A stretch of 41,329 nt of DNA, taken from positions 26,747,369 through 26,788,697 of the forward strand of contig NC_057720.1 in assembly GCF_004010195.1 (NCBI RefSeq), read 5' to 3'. This DNA comes from Chiloscyllium plagiosum. Lineage: Eukaryota. The notes under the pieces are model-generated. The model was not told the origin of the DNA and ran no database searches. It was given only the letters and a program-made list of their open reading frames with translations. This document shows, piece by piece, positions 1 through 13,306 of this stretch (within the stretch, counting starts at the first letter, position 1; every line of letters begins with the position of its first letter). Both the position numbers and the translations under genes were made by a program.

Positions 1-2472
1 AAACTTGTAAGGAGATCTCAGTTATCTGGAGGAAACATAGAGTGGTTATGGTAGGGGATTTTAACTTTCCAAACATAGACTGGGACTGTTAAGGGTTTAG
101 ATGGAGAGGAATATGTTAAATGTGTACAAGAAAAATATACTGACTGGAGAGTGCAGATCTTGACCTACTCTTGGGAAATAAGGCAGGGCAGGTGACTGAG
201 GTGTCAGTGGGGGAGCACTTTGGGGCCAGCAACCATAATTCTATTAGATTTAAAATAGTGATGGAAAAGGATAGACCAGATCTAAAAGTTGAAGTTCTAA
301 ATTAGAGAACGGCCAATTTTAATGGTATTAGGCAAGAACTTTCAAAAGCTTTCGACTGGGGGCAGATGTTTGCAGCTAAAGGGATGACTGGAAAACTGGA
401 AGCCTTCAGAAATGAGATAACGGGAATTCAGAGAAAGTGTATTCCTTTTAGGGTGAAAGGAAAGGTTGGTAGGTATAGAGAATGCTGGGTGACTAAAGAA
501 ATTGAGGGTTTGGTGAAGAAAAAGAAGGAAGCATATGTAAGGAATAAACAGGATAGATAGAGTGAATTCTTAGGAGAGTATAAAGGAAGTAGGAGTATAC
601 TTAAGAGGGAAATCAGGAGGGCAAAAAGGAGACATGAGATAGCTTTGGCAAACAGGAGAATCCAAAGAGTTTATACAAATATATCAAGGACAAAAGAGTA
701 ACTAGGGAGAGAATAGGGCCCCTCAAAGATTAGCAAGGCAGCCTTTGTGTGGAGCTGCAGAAAATGGGGGAGATACTAAATGAGTATTTTGCATCAGTAT
801 TTACTGTGGGAAAAGATATGGAAGATATAGATGGTGACATCTTTCAAAATGTCCATATTACAGAGGAGGAAGTGCTGTATGTCTTGAAACACATAAAAGT
901 GGATAAATCCCTCAGACCTGATCAGGTGTACCCTAGAACTCTGTGGGAAGCTAGAGAAGTGATTGCTGGGCCTCTTGCTGAGATATTTGTATCATCGATA
1001 GTCATAGGTGTGGTGCCGGAAGACTGGAGGTTGGCAAACGTGCTGCCACTGTTTAAGAAGGGCGGTAAGGACAAGCCAGGGAACTGTAAACCAGTGAGTC
1101 TGACATCAGTAATGGGCAACTTGATGGAGGGAATCCTGAGGGACAGGATGTACATGTATTTGGAAAGGCAAGGACTGATTCGGGATTGTCAACATGGCTT
1201 TGTGCGTGGGAAATCATGTCTCACAAACTTGAGGTTTTTGAGGAAGTAATAAAGAGGATTGATGAGGACAGAGTGGTAGATGTGATCTATATGGACTTCA
1301 GTAAGGCTTTCGACAAGGTTCCCCATGGGAGACTGATTAGCAACGTTGGATCTCACAGAATACGGGAGAACTAGCCAGTTGGTTACAGAACTGGCTCAAA
1401 GGTAGAAGACAGAGGGTGGTGGTGGAGAGTTGTTTTTCAGGCTGGAGGCCTGTGACCAGTGGTGTGCCACAAGGATCAGTGCTGGATCCTCTACTTTTTG
1501 TCATTTACATAAATTATTTGGATGCGAGCATAAGAGGCACAGTTAGTAAGTTTGCAGATGACACCAAAATTGGAGGTGTAGTGGATAGCGAAGAGTGTTA
1601 CCTCAGATTACAACAGGATCTGGACCAGATGGGCCAATGGGCTGAGAAGTGGCAAATGGAGTTTAATTCAGATAAATGCGAAGTGCTGCATTTTGGGAAA
1701 GCAAATCTTAGCAAGACTTATACACTTAATGGTAAGGTCCTACGGAGTGTTGCTGAACAAAGACACCTTGGAGTGTAGGTTCATATCTCCTTGAAAGTGG
1801 AGTTGCAGGTAGATAGGATAGTGAAGAAGGTGTTTGGTATGCTTTCCTTTATTGTTCAAAGTGTTGAGTACAGGAGTTGGGAGGTCATGTTGTGGCTGTA
1901 CAGGATATTGGTTAGGCCACTGTTGGAATATTGTGTGCAATTCTGGTCTCCTTCCTATCTGAAAGATGTTGTGAAACTTGAAAGGGTTCAGAAAATTTTA
2001 CAAGGATGTTGCCAGGGTTGGAGGATTTAAGCTATAGGAAGAGGCTGAACAGGCTGGGGCTGTTTTCTCTGGAGCGTCGGAGGCTGAGGGGTGACCTTAT
2101 AGAGGTTTACAAAATTATGAGGGGCATGGATAGGGTAAATAAACAAAGTCTTTTCTATGGGACGGGGTAATCCAGAACTAGAGGGCATAGGTTTAGGGTG
2201 AGAGGGGAAAGATATAAAAGAGACCTAAGGGGCAATGTTTTCACGCAGAGGGTGGTCCGTGTATGGAATGACCTGCCAGCGGAAGTGGTGGAGGCTGGTA
2301 CAATTGCATCATTAAAGAGGCAGTTGGATGGGTATATGAATAGGAAGGATTTGGACAGGTATGGGCCGGGTGCTGGCAGGTGGGACTAGATTGGGTTGGG
2401 ATATCTGGTCGGCATGGATGAGTTGGATTGAAGGATGTTTCCATGCTGTACATCTCTATGTCTCTATGACTC
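1..2472 (+). mobile_element. CR1-type LINE, decayed ORF2 (end of APE endonuclease + RT) and 3' tail; runs off window at 5' end
   Basis: Fragments read [70 protein letters not shown]; many stops and frameshifts; ends in (ctctatg)n-type tail at ~2455-2472. Confidence 0.95.
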
Positions 2473-3096
2473 TTATTGTAACAGAACTTTGTACTTCAGC
2501 CTTTTGCAATAAGGATCGACATACCTTCAAAATTGTTTGCTGTACTAATATGTTTTTTTGATTTTTGGACAAGAATCTCCAAATCTTCCTCAACATTAAC
2601 ACTTAAGTAAATGTATTCCAAAACCGTTATGTGATACTCATGAGGTATCTATAGATCAATTCTTTGAGTTAGCTTTTTGGGAGTAAACCTTTTTATGAAG
2701 CGAAACATAATGAATCCTCATTATAATCAAAACACTTAATAGAAATCATCAGATGTAGCAAAATACCTGATGTGATCCTCCATTTTGACAGAGTGGTGAG
2801 GAGAGAAGGTGGAATGAACCAAGGGATGCTGGGAAGGGTAAGTTTTCCCACTTAAAAAGGGACTTACCTCGCGAGTCGTGTCTCCATTTTGACAGAGCGG
2901 TGGGGAGAGAGGGTGAAGTGAAGCGAGGGCTTAATTTATATTTTGGGCAGTGGCTAAACCCAAGGTACTACAGGTGTAGTATCTCTTCCCCCCCCCACCG
3001 GAAGAAAAAGACTCTGTAAGGTAAGGCTTTTTTTTTTTATCTTTCTTTTTCATTTATTTAAGTGCATTGTTTGGTTTTAGTTTGTTCATATAAAGC

Positions 3097-3249
3097 GAAG
3101 GCAAAAGTGAGGACCAGAGTTTAGATCAGAGCGGTGCTGGAAAAGCACAGCAGGTCAGGCAGCATCCAAGGAGCAGGGGAAAAGTTCTTCATCAGGAATA
3201 GAGGCAGGAGGCCTCCAGGGGTGGCTTTTGCCCGAAACATCAATTTTCC
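3097..3249. mobile_element. Short PLE-derived fold-back insertion (family A), internally deleted, within the CR1 5'UTR
   Basis: TSD TCATATAAAGC (3086-3096, 3250-3260); the paralogous CR1 has the empty site (~15058-15070); GCTGGAAAAGCACAGCAGGTCAGGCAGCATCC motif and partial hammerhead pieces (TTCATCAGGAAT; GCTTTTGCCCGAAAC). Confidence 0.88.
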
Positions 3250-3270
3250 TCATATAAAGCTAAGCCTACA

Positions 3271-4215
3271 ATGGCAGGGGACCTCAGACCATTGGCATGT
3301 GCCTCTTGCTTGATGTGGAAGCTTAGGAACGTGTCTGATGTTCCTGACTCTCGCACTTGCAAAACATGTGTCCAGCTACAGCTGTTGTTTGACCGTGTGA
3401 CGGCTCTGGTGCTGCGGATGGACTCACTAGTGGAGCATCCGCGTTGCTGAGGAGGTCGTGGATAGCACGTTTAGTGAACTGGTCACACTGTAGGTTAGAG
3501 TTGCTGAGGGAGACAGTGAATGGGTGACCAAAAGACAGAAAGAGAGTAGGAAGGCAGTGCAGGTGTCCCCTGCGGTCATCTCCCTCCAAACCAGATATAC
3601 GTTTTGGATACTGTTGGGGGATTTGGCTCACCGGGGAGGGCAGCAGTTGCCAGGATCAGGGCACTGTGGAGGGCACTGCTGTTCAGAAGGTCGGGAAAAA
3701 GACTCGTAGGGCCACAGTCATAGAGGATTCTATTGTGAGGGGGGTAGATAGGCGGTTCTGTGGCCGAATACAGGACACCTGGATGGTATCTTGCCTCCCA
3801 GGTGCTCGGGTCAGGGATGTCACTGATTAGAATGCTCTGCAGCCAAAAGGGGAGGGTGAACAGCCAGTTGTCTTGGTGCATATAGGCACCAACGATATAA
3901 GTAGAAAATGAGATGATGTCCTGAAAGAAAACTTCAGGGAGCTAGGAGAGAAGTTAAAGAGAAGGACCACAAATGTAGTGATCTTGGGATTTCTACCAGT
4001 GCCATGTACTAGCCAGTGTAGAAATGAAAAAATTGGTAGGACGAACACGTGGCTTGAGAGATGGTGTAGGAGGGAGTGGTTCAGATTTGTTGGACATTGG
4101 GACCTGTTCTGGGGAAGATGGGACTATTACAAAATGGACGGTCTACATCTAAACCAGACCGGAACCAATGTCCTTGTGGGAGTTTTGCTCCTTCTGTTGG
4201 GAGGTTTTAAACTAA
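3271..4215 (+). pseudogene. CR1 ORF1 remnant: CxxC..CxxC zinc finger, coiled coil, SGNH/GDSL esterase-like domain
   Basis: ATG 3271; CASC..TCKTCVQLQLL; EDSIVRG, CLPGAR, VHIGTNDI, DGLHLN blocks; frameshifts and stops; TAA 4213-4215. Confidence 0.85.
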
Positions 4216-4351
4216 CGTGGCAGGGGTCTGGGAACCAGAAGAGAAAATAAGTAGGCAGCGAGGTGGAGACTGGAGACTGTAAGAATTATGAAGATAGCAT
4301 TAATAAAGGGAAGAGTAGGCAGAGATCAGATGAGCGCAAAAAATCTGGTGG

Positions 4352-7142
4352 CCTGAAATGCATCTACTTTAATGCAAGGTGTATAGTGTGTAAGGCAGAT
4401 GAACTTCGGGCTTGGATTGGTGCCTGGTAGTATGATGTTATTGGAAGAACAGAGACTTGGTTGAAGGAGGGGCATGATGATTGGCAATTAAATGTTCCAG
4501 GATACAGATGCTTCAGACAAGAAAGGGAGAGATGTAAAAGAGGGGGTGGAGTTGCATTGCTGGTCAAGGATGATATCACAGCTGTGCTAAAGGAGCACAC
4601 TATGGAGGTCTTGGGTAGTGAGGCATTATGGGTGGAACTGAGAAATAAGAAGGGTGCAGTCACACTGTTGGGCTGTATTACAGGCCTCCCAGCAGTGGGC
4701 GTGAGGTAGAAGAACAAATAGGTGAACAGATTATGGAAAGATGTAGAGGCAATAGGGTGGTGGTGTTGGAAGATTTTAATTTTCCCAATATTGACTGGGA
4801 TTCACTTAACATCAGAGGTCTGGATGGGGTAGAATTTGTAAGAAGCATCCAGGAGAGTTTTCTAGAGCAATATGTCAATAGTCTGATGAGGGAAGGGGCC
4901 ATATTGGGCCTGGTACTGGGGAACAAACCAGGACAGGTGGTAGAAGTTGCAGTGGGGGATTTCTTTGGGAACAGTGACCACAATTCCTAAATTTTAGAAT
5001 ACTCGTAGACAAAGATGAGAGTGGTCCTAAGGAAAGAGTACTAAACTGGGCCACGGTCAATTATATCAAAATTAGGCAGGAGCTGTGAAATGTGGATTGG
5101 ACACAGCTGTTTGAAGGAAAGTCAACATTTGAGGTGTGGGAGGCTTTCAAAGATAGGTTGAAGATAGTGCAGGATAGACATGTTCTGTGGAAGGCAAAGG
5201 ATAGGAAGGGCAAGATTTGTGAACCGTGGATGACAGGAGAAATTGTACGACTAGCCAAGAGGAAAACAGAAGCGTACATATGGTCTAGGCAGCTAAGAAC
5301 AGAACAAGCCCTGGAAGAATATCAGAATCGTAGGACAAGTCTTAAACGAGGAATCAAGTGGGCTAAAAGGGGGTCATGAAATAGCTTTAGCGAGTAGAAT
5401 TAAGGAGAATCCCTAAGCATTTTATTCTTATATAAGAAGCAAGCAGGCAACTAGAGACAGGATTGGTCCACTGAAGGATAATGAAGGAAGGCTGTCTGTC
5501 GAACCTGAGAGAATGGGTGAGATTCTAAATGATTACTTTGCATCAGTGTTCACTGAGGAGAGGAACATGATGAATGTTGAGATTAGAGATAGAAGTTTGA
5601 TTAGTCTGGATCACGTTGACATAAGTAGGGAAGATGTGTTGGGTAGGCTATAAGTTATTGAGGTGGACAAATCCTCAGGATCGAATGGGATCTATCCCAT
5701 TTTGCTGATGGAGGAGAGAGAGGAAATAGCTGGGGACCTGAGAGATATCTTTGTGGCATCCTTAAATACTGGTGAGGTGCTGGAGGACTGGAGGGTTGCT
5801 CATGTTGTCCCCCTGTACAAGAAGGGCAGTAGGGATATTCCAGGTAACAACAGACCAGTGAGCCTGACATCGGTGGTGGGAAAGTTGCTGGAGAAGGTAC
5901 TGAGGTATAGCATCTATTTATATTGAGAAAAGAATGGATTTATCAGTGATAGGCAACAGGGTTTTGTGTAGGGGAGATTGTCTTATCAACTTAATAGTGT
6001 TCTTCGAGGAAGTGACCAAGTTGATAGATGAAGGAAGGGCTGTTGATGTCATATACATGGACTTTAGTAAGGCATTTGAAAAGGTTCCCCATGGTAGACT
6101 AATGGAGAAAGTGAAGTCATTTTGTGTGTCGGGTATTCTAGCTAGATGGATAAAGAACTGGTTGAGCAACAGGAGACAGAGAGTAGTAGTTGAAGAGTGT
6201 TTCTCGAAATGGAGAAAGGTGACCAGTGGTGTTCCACAGAGGTCAGTGTTGGGGTCACTGTTGGTTTGTAATATACATAAATAATCTAGAAGGCACTATT
6301 GGTATGATCAGCAAGTTTGCAGATGACACGAAGATTGGTGGAGTAGCAGAAAGCATAAGGGACTGTCAGAGAATACAGGAGGATATAGATAGACTGAAGA
6401 GTTGGGCAACAAAGTGGCAGATGGTTTTCAATCCAGACAAATGTGAGGTGATGCATTTAGGCAAGACTAATTCTAGAGCGAATTATACAATGAACGGAAG
6501 TGCCTTGGGAAAAGTTGATGGGCAGAGAGATCTGGGAGTGCAGGTCCATTGTACCCTGAGGGTTGCTGCACAGGTGGATAGAGTGGTCAAGCAGGCATAT
6601 AGTATGCTTGCCTTCATTGGACAGGATATTGAGTATAAGAGCTGGTAAGTCATGTTAACATTGTACAAGACATTGGTTCGGCTGCATTTCGAATATTGTG
6701 TACAGTTCTGGTCGCCACATTACCAAAAAGATGTGGACGCTTTGGAGAGAGGGTGCAGAGAAGGTTTACGAGGATGTCGCCTGATATGGAAGGTACTAGC
6801 TATGAAGAAAGGTTGAGTAAGTTAGGTTCATTTTCATTAGAAAAAAGGAGAATAAGGGGGACCTGATTGAGATTTACAAAATCAGGAAGGGTATAGACAG
6901 GGTGGATAGAGGCAAGCATTTTCCCAGGGTGAAGGATTCAATAACGGGAGGTTATGCTTTCAAGGTGAGAGGTGGAAAGTTTAAACGGGATACATGCAGC
7001 AAGTACTTCACTGTTGGGCGTTTGGAACATGTTACCAGCAGAGGTGGTAGAGGCAGGCACAGTAGATTCATTTAAGATGTGTCTCAATAAATGCATGAGT
7101 AGATGGGGAGTCGAGAGATACAGATGCTTAGGAATTGACTGA
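4352..7142 (+). pseudogene. CR1 ORF2 remnant: APE endonuclease + reverse transcriptase
   Basis: LKCIYFNAR, TETWL, RGGGVALLVK, DFNFPNIDW, SDHN, RPVSLTSVVGKLLE, YMDFSKAF, SGVPQ, KFADDTK; disrupted. Confidence 0.92.
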
Positions 7143-10100
7143 CAGGTTTAGACAGTACATTTGGATCGGCTCAGGCTTGGAGGGCCGAAGGGCCTGTTCC
7201 TGGGCTGTAAATTTTCTTTGTTCTTTTATCTTTGTGATTAGGTCTGATGTAAAGTCAATCTCGGTGGAGATTTTCCTGCTCCAAATAATGCTGACTACAA
7301 GAAGAAATGTGGAATAATTAAGATGACGTTGATTATGGTTCTTCTCAATGTTGAGACTGAAATGTCACATTTCTCACCAAGTCCTGAACGTCAAGACAAG
7401 ACACTCTCTAGCAGTAAGAGTGGCAAGAGGCCTATTAACATTGATTATCACTCATTATCATCCCTATTATTACTTATCTGACCTCTTTAATATGCATTCA
7501 TTGTCCCACTTGACACATCGAAGTGAGAATTCCTGACAAGAAATTAAGAATAGGCACCTAAAAACTCCATTGGGCCTCATGTAAAGAAACCCTCCATTAA
7601 ACTTAAAGAAAATTATACCTGGATGATTTCTGGTAAAATTCAGCTCAGAATATTATTCTTTTCTTTAAACTTATGAGATCAAGTTCAACAGAGTGATTGA
7701 AAAAAACTCCAGTTTTATTCCAATATTAATAATGCCACTTTTAAGGCCCTTATTACATTTTATATAATTTAATTCATGAATTTGGCAGATTTTCACAGCT
7801 TCAATAAGTTAAAGAAATAAGATCTTAAGTCCACTGACATTTTAGAACATCAGTTTTCACTATTGATAATATGTTGGAAACAGCTCAACAGAGAATTTTG
7901 CTAATAATTCATAACAGTTTCACAATAAAGTTCAATAGCACTGAATAAATTACACATCATAGCCCTTCAAAACGCAAGAAATAGTAGTTTTAAAATGTTT
8001 AGAAATTCTATCACATTTGGTAAAATCACCGTATTTTATCATTGAAATGGTATTGGAATCATTGATTTATTTATGCATTCCCTACAAACTACAATTGACG
8101 CTTTTCCATGCATCAGACACATTAACCTTGCATTGTATACTTAATATAGTACAGTTATTAAACCCATTTACTTATATAGTGAGATTGTTACCAGTGGTAT
8201 TTTGAATTGTCTACAGCAATTTTTGAAAGCCTTCTGTGGTGTTTTAAACAATACCCCAGTGTGGCCCACTTTGGCTTGGCATCTGCCACAATTCTACCTT
8301 ATAGCCCAGTGGCTGAAAATTATTTTAGTGTTTACTGGCTTCAGTTTTCTCTGGACCCTCTTCTCAGCTTGTTCCATTTTTTTTTTTATTTCTCTTGCCC
8401 TCTTCAAATCTGCTCCAAACAGTTAGCACACTGAGGGCATGGCCATCACTGACGATCTGTCAGCTGTCTACGTCAATGACTGCCAACATCATGGCTTGGA
8501 TTTTCATCTTCAAGATGGGTAGAAGGAGTGAGGAAAATTCCTAGCAAACCCAACTGTCTTTGGGGAAAATCCCCTCAACGATAGAGCTTCCATTGTTCAG
8601 GATGCGGGATAAGGTGGGTGGAAGTGGGTGGGGGCGGTGAAGGGGGTTTGGCAGGGTGGGGGTGTGCAGCTGCTGTTCAGCCAGCTAATCCAGGGAAATC
8701 CAGTGAAACTGCCAGATGCAAAGCTTTCCTTTTCAAGAGGCCACTTTGAGTCAGTGGGACTTTGTCCCGGTTATAATAAAAACATAAAAAGTCCTCTCGG
8801 CCTCAACTGCACATGCTCTCATTCCTCATGTACCCATCCAGGCCACTCCCTCATGCTCCATCACCTGCTCTCTAAGGCTTCTCATGACTTGTATGCAAAG
8901 CTATGAACCCCATCTTCCTCCTGTGCCTCCTCATACCCACATTTCAGGTTATGGTACTTCCATGCCCTTTCACCCAGGAAACAATTTATAGAAGAAATGA
9001 CTGCAATAGTGATAGCAGGATGTATAAATATATCTTTAATAACAAAGCAATTCATAGATAATTTTCCATGTGCTTTACAGTAAAAACTCCTTTTCACATT
9101 AGCGCAATGAAAGTATTAAACATCGAGGCTCTTTAAAGCAACAGCTGAAACTGCAAGCACTGAACTTCTTTACCTTCTGTGGATAAACATTGTGAAAATT
9201 ACAGTAGAGACCAGAGAGTCAGAGCTGTCAATAAGCAGGGCTCTCGTATTTCAACTGAATAATACATGACTGAACTCTCAATGAAGAATACATAATGCGG
9301 AGGACCATTTTGAAAGGTTCTTCATGTGTACCTTTCAAAGTACTGTGAAGCCTGACACTCTAAAAATCTAGCCCAACTCCAAGAAATGTCACAGAATTCA
9401 GACATGTCTATTCCCAAAATGATGTGTGCCAAATCAAGAGTAGTTGGTGTAGGTACATAATCTGAACATTCCCACGTCCTTAAAAGGCACTCCTGAAATG
9501 GGTCAGAAATCCTGGAACTGGGTCAGAACTCCTACATTTGGGTCTGATTGCCATTTCTATAAAACCTCTGAGTCACCCCAACTCAAAAGAAAGTCTAGGT
9601 CCATGTCTCACTTGCAAATATCTTTCGAATGGAAATGTGGGCATCCAGCAGGATATGACATTGTGCCCAGTCCTCTGTCTGAAAAGCTTCTGAGGAAACC
9701 ATCATCATCCCGGTGATGAACATGGCTGAGCATTGATTTCATAATGAGTGTACGCTAATGGGACTGGCAGGTTCCAGAGCCAGTCCCAGGCCAGTATTGT
9801 AAATGCTGGCCTGCCAAGAGCTTCTGAGGTTAAGTTTAAAGACAGCAGAGGTAAAATCTATTCTGCACTTTCTTTCATGCAAAACAAGTCACCCTCTGTA
9901 AAAGAGTACACAGGGTTGATAGATTTGATCGTTTGGTTTTATTTATCAGATCCCATATTCAGTTTTCGTTGTTCTATAGTATTAGATCTGGATATTGTTT
10001 CAGTACTAAATGTGCAAGTTGCACTTTGATGCATGGAGGTTAGGCCAATTTCCTGGCATGCACTATTTTCATCCAATAAAATTACAACAAACAAAGAACA

Positions 10101-13100
10101 AATAAAATTTACAGCCCAGGAACAGGCCCTTCGGCCCTCCAAGCCTGAGCCAATCCAAATGTACTGTCTAAACCTGTCGGTCAATTCCTAAGCATCTGTA
10201 TCTCTCGACTCCCCATCTACTCATGCATTTATCCAGACACATCTTAAATGAATCTACTGTGCCTGCCTCTACCACCTCTGCTGGCAACGCGTTCCAAACA
10301 CGTGTATCCCCCTTAAACTTTCCACCTCTCACCTTGAAAGCATGACCTCTCGTTACTGAATCCTTCATCCTGGGAAAAAGCTTGTCTCTATCCACCCTGT
10401 CTATAACCTTCATGATTTGATAAACCCCAATCAGGTCCCCCCTCAATCTCCTTTTTTCTAATGAAAATGAACCTAACTTACTCAACCTTTCTACATAGCT
10501 AGCACCTTCCATATCAGGCAACATCCTCGTAAACCTTCTCTGCACCCTCTCTCCAAAGCGTCCACATCCTTTTGGTAATGTGGCGACCAGAACTGTACAC
10601 AATATTCTAAATGCAGCCGAACCAATGTCTTGTACAATGTTAACATGACTTGCCAGCTCTTATACTCAATACCCCATCCAATGAAGGCAAGCATACTATA
10701 TGCCTGCTTGACCACTCTATCCACCTGTGCAGCAACCCTCAGGGTACAATGGACCTGCACTCCCAGATCTCTCTGCCCATCAACTTTTCCCAAGGCACTT
10801 CCGTTCATTGTATAATTCGCTCTCGAATTAGTCTTGCCTAAATGCATCACCTCACATTTGTCTGGATTGAAATCCATCTGCCACTTTGTTGCCAAACTCT
10901 CCAGTCTATCTATATCCTCCTGTACTCTGACAGTCCCTTATGCTTTCTGCTACACCACCAATCTTTGTGTCACCTGCAAACTTGCTTATCATACCAACAG
11001 TGCCCTCTTCTAGATCATTTATGTATATTACAAACAACAGTGGCCCCAACACTGACCCCTGTGGAACACCACTGGTCACCTTTCTCCATTTCGAGAAACA
11101 CCCTTCAACTACTACTCTGTCTCCTGTTGCTCAACCAGTTCTTTATCCACCCAGCTAGAATACCCTACACACCAAATGGCTTCACATTCTCCATTAACCT
11201 ACCATGGGGAACCTTATCAAACGCCTTATTAAAGTCCATGTGTATGACATCAACAGCCCTCCCTTCATCTATCAACTTGGTCACTTCGTCGAAGAACACT
11301 ATTAAGTTGGTAAGACAATCTCCCCTACACAAAACCATGTTGCCTATCACTGATAAGTCCATTCTTTACTAAATATAAATAGATCCTATACCTCAGTACC
11401 TTCTACAACAACTTTCCCACCACCAACGTCAGGCTCACTGATTTGTAGTTACCCAGAATATCCCTCTTACCCTTCTTGTACAGGGGGACAACATGAGCAA
11501 ACCCTCCAGTCCTCCAGCACCTCACCTGTATTTAAGGATGGCACAAAGATATCTCTCAGGACCCCAGCTATTTCCTCTCTTGCCTCCATCAGCAAACTGG
11601 GATAGATCCCATCCGGTCCTAGGGATTTGTCCACCTTAATAACCTCTAGCCTACCCAACACATCTTCCCTACTTATGCCAGCGTGATCCAGACTAATCGA
11701 ACTTCCATCTCTAATCTCAACATTTATCATGTTCCTCTCCTCAGTGAACACTAGTGCAAAGTAATCATTCAGAATCTCACCCATTTTCTCAGGTTCGACA
11801 CACAGCCTTCATTCGTTATCCTTCAGTGGATCAATCCTTTCTCTAGTTACCTGCTTGCTTCTTATACAAGATTAAAATGCTTTGGGATTCTTCTTAATTC
11901 TACTTGCTAAAGCTATTTCATGACATCTTTTAGCCCGCTTGATTCCTCGTTTAATACTTGTCCTACTCTTCTGATATTTCCAGGGCCCGTTCTGTTCTTA
12001 GCTTCCGAGACATTATGTATGCTTCCCTTTTCCTCTTGGCTAGTTGTACAATTTCTCCTGTCATCCAAAGTTCATGAATCTTGCCCTTCCTATCCTTTGC
12101 CTTCAACAGGACATGCCTATCCTGCACTATCTTTGAAAGCCTTCCACATCTCAAATGTGGACTTCCCTTCAAATAGCTGTGTCCAATCCACATTTGAGCT
12201 CCTACCTAATTTTTATATAATTGACCTTGGCCCAGTTTAGTACTCTTCCCTTAGTACCGCTCTCTTCTTTCTCCATGAGTATTCAAAAACTTACAGAATT
12301 GTGGTCACTGTTCCCAAAGAAATCCCTCACTGCAACTTCTCCCACCTGTTCTGGCTCGTTCCCCAGTACCAGATCCAATATGGCCCCTTCCCTCGTCGGA
12401 CTATTGACATACTACTCTAGAAAACTCTCCAGAATGCTTCTTACAAATTCTACCCCATCCAGACCTCTAACGTTAAGTGTGTCCCAGTCAATGTTGGGAA
12501 AACTAAAATCTCCCATCACCACCACCCTATTACCTCTACATCTTTCCATAATCTGTTCACCTATTTGTTCTTCTACCTCACGCTCACTGTTGGGAGGCCT
12601 GTAATACAGCCTCAACAGTGCAACTGCACCCTTATTTCTCAGTTCCACCCATAATGCCTCACTATCCAAGACCTCCATAGTGTGCTCCTTTAGCACAGCT
12701 GTGATATCGTCCTTGACCAGCAATGCAACTCCAACCCCCCGTTTTAATTCCCTCCCTGTCCTGTCTGAAGCACCTATATCCTGGAACATCTAATTGCCAA
12801 TCATTATACCCTTCTTTCAACCAGGTCTCGTGATTCCAATAACATCATACTCCCAGGCACCAATCCAAGCCCTAAGTTCATCTGCCTTACATACTATACT
12901 CCTTGCAATAAAGTAGATGCATTTCAGGCCACCAGTTTTTTTGCGCTCATCTGCTCTCTGCCTACTCTTCCCTTTATTAATGCTATCTTCATGATTCTTA
13001 CAGTCTCCAGTCTCCACCTCGCTGCCTGCTTGTTTTCTCTTCTGGTTCCCAGTCCCCTGCCACATTAGTTTAAAACCTCCCAACAGCAGGAGCAAAAACT

Positions 13101-13306
13101 CCCCCAAGGACATCGGTTCCAGTCTGGTTCAGATGTAGACCGTCCATTTTGTAATAATCCCACCTTCCTCAGGACCGGTCCCAATGTCCAACAAATCTGA
13201 ACCCCTCCCTCCTACACCATCTCTCAAACCACGTGTTCAACCTGCCTATTTTTTCATTTCTACACTGGCTAGCACATGGCACTTGTAGAAGTCCCAAGAT
13301 CACTAC

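Larger units (their letters stand above)
2780..7225 (+). mobile_element. Near full-length CR1-type LINE (copy 1): 5'UTR, ORF1, ORF2, 3'UTR
   Basis: 5'UTR starts CCATTTTGACAGAG (repeated at 2884); ORF1 and ORF2 motifs in order; tail ttctttgttct; colinear with the copy at 10088-15293 (-). Confidence 0.95.

Noticed and set aside
2858..2960. HDV-like ribozyme in the CR1 5'UTR (GACTT-ACCTCGC-GAGTC resembles P3/L3)
   Set aside because: Could not build P1/P2/P1.1 pairings, and the segment is absent from copy 2.
8170..8430. Possible host exon (hydrophobic + strand ORF; - strand RIVADAKPKWATLGYCLKH frame)
   Set aside because: No recognisable homology, stops adjacent to candidate acceptors, hydrophobicity explained by T-richness; cannot be supported without RNA-seq.
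8540..9860. GC-richer patches, possibly old DNA-transposon/MITE relics (TGGGTCAGAA repeated at ~9499 and ~9518)
   Set aside because: No terminal inverted repeats or TSD could be delineated.
10842..11372. 176-aa + strand ORF and other antisense ORFs over LINEs
   Set aside because: Antisense shadow frames of CR1 RT.
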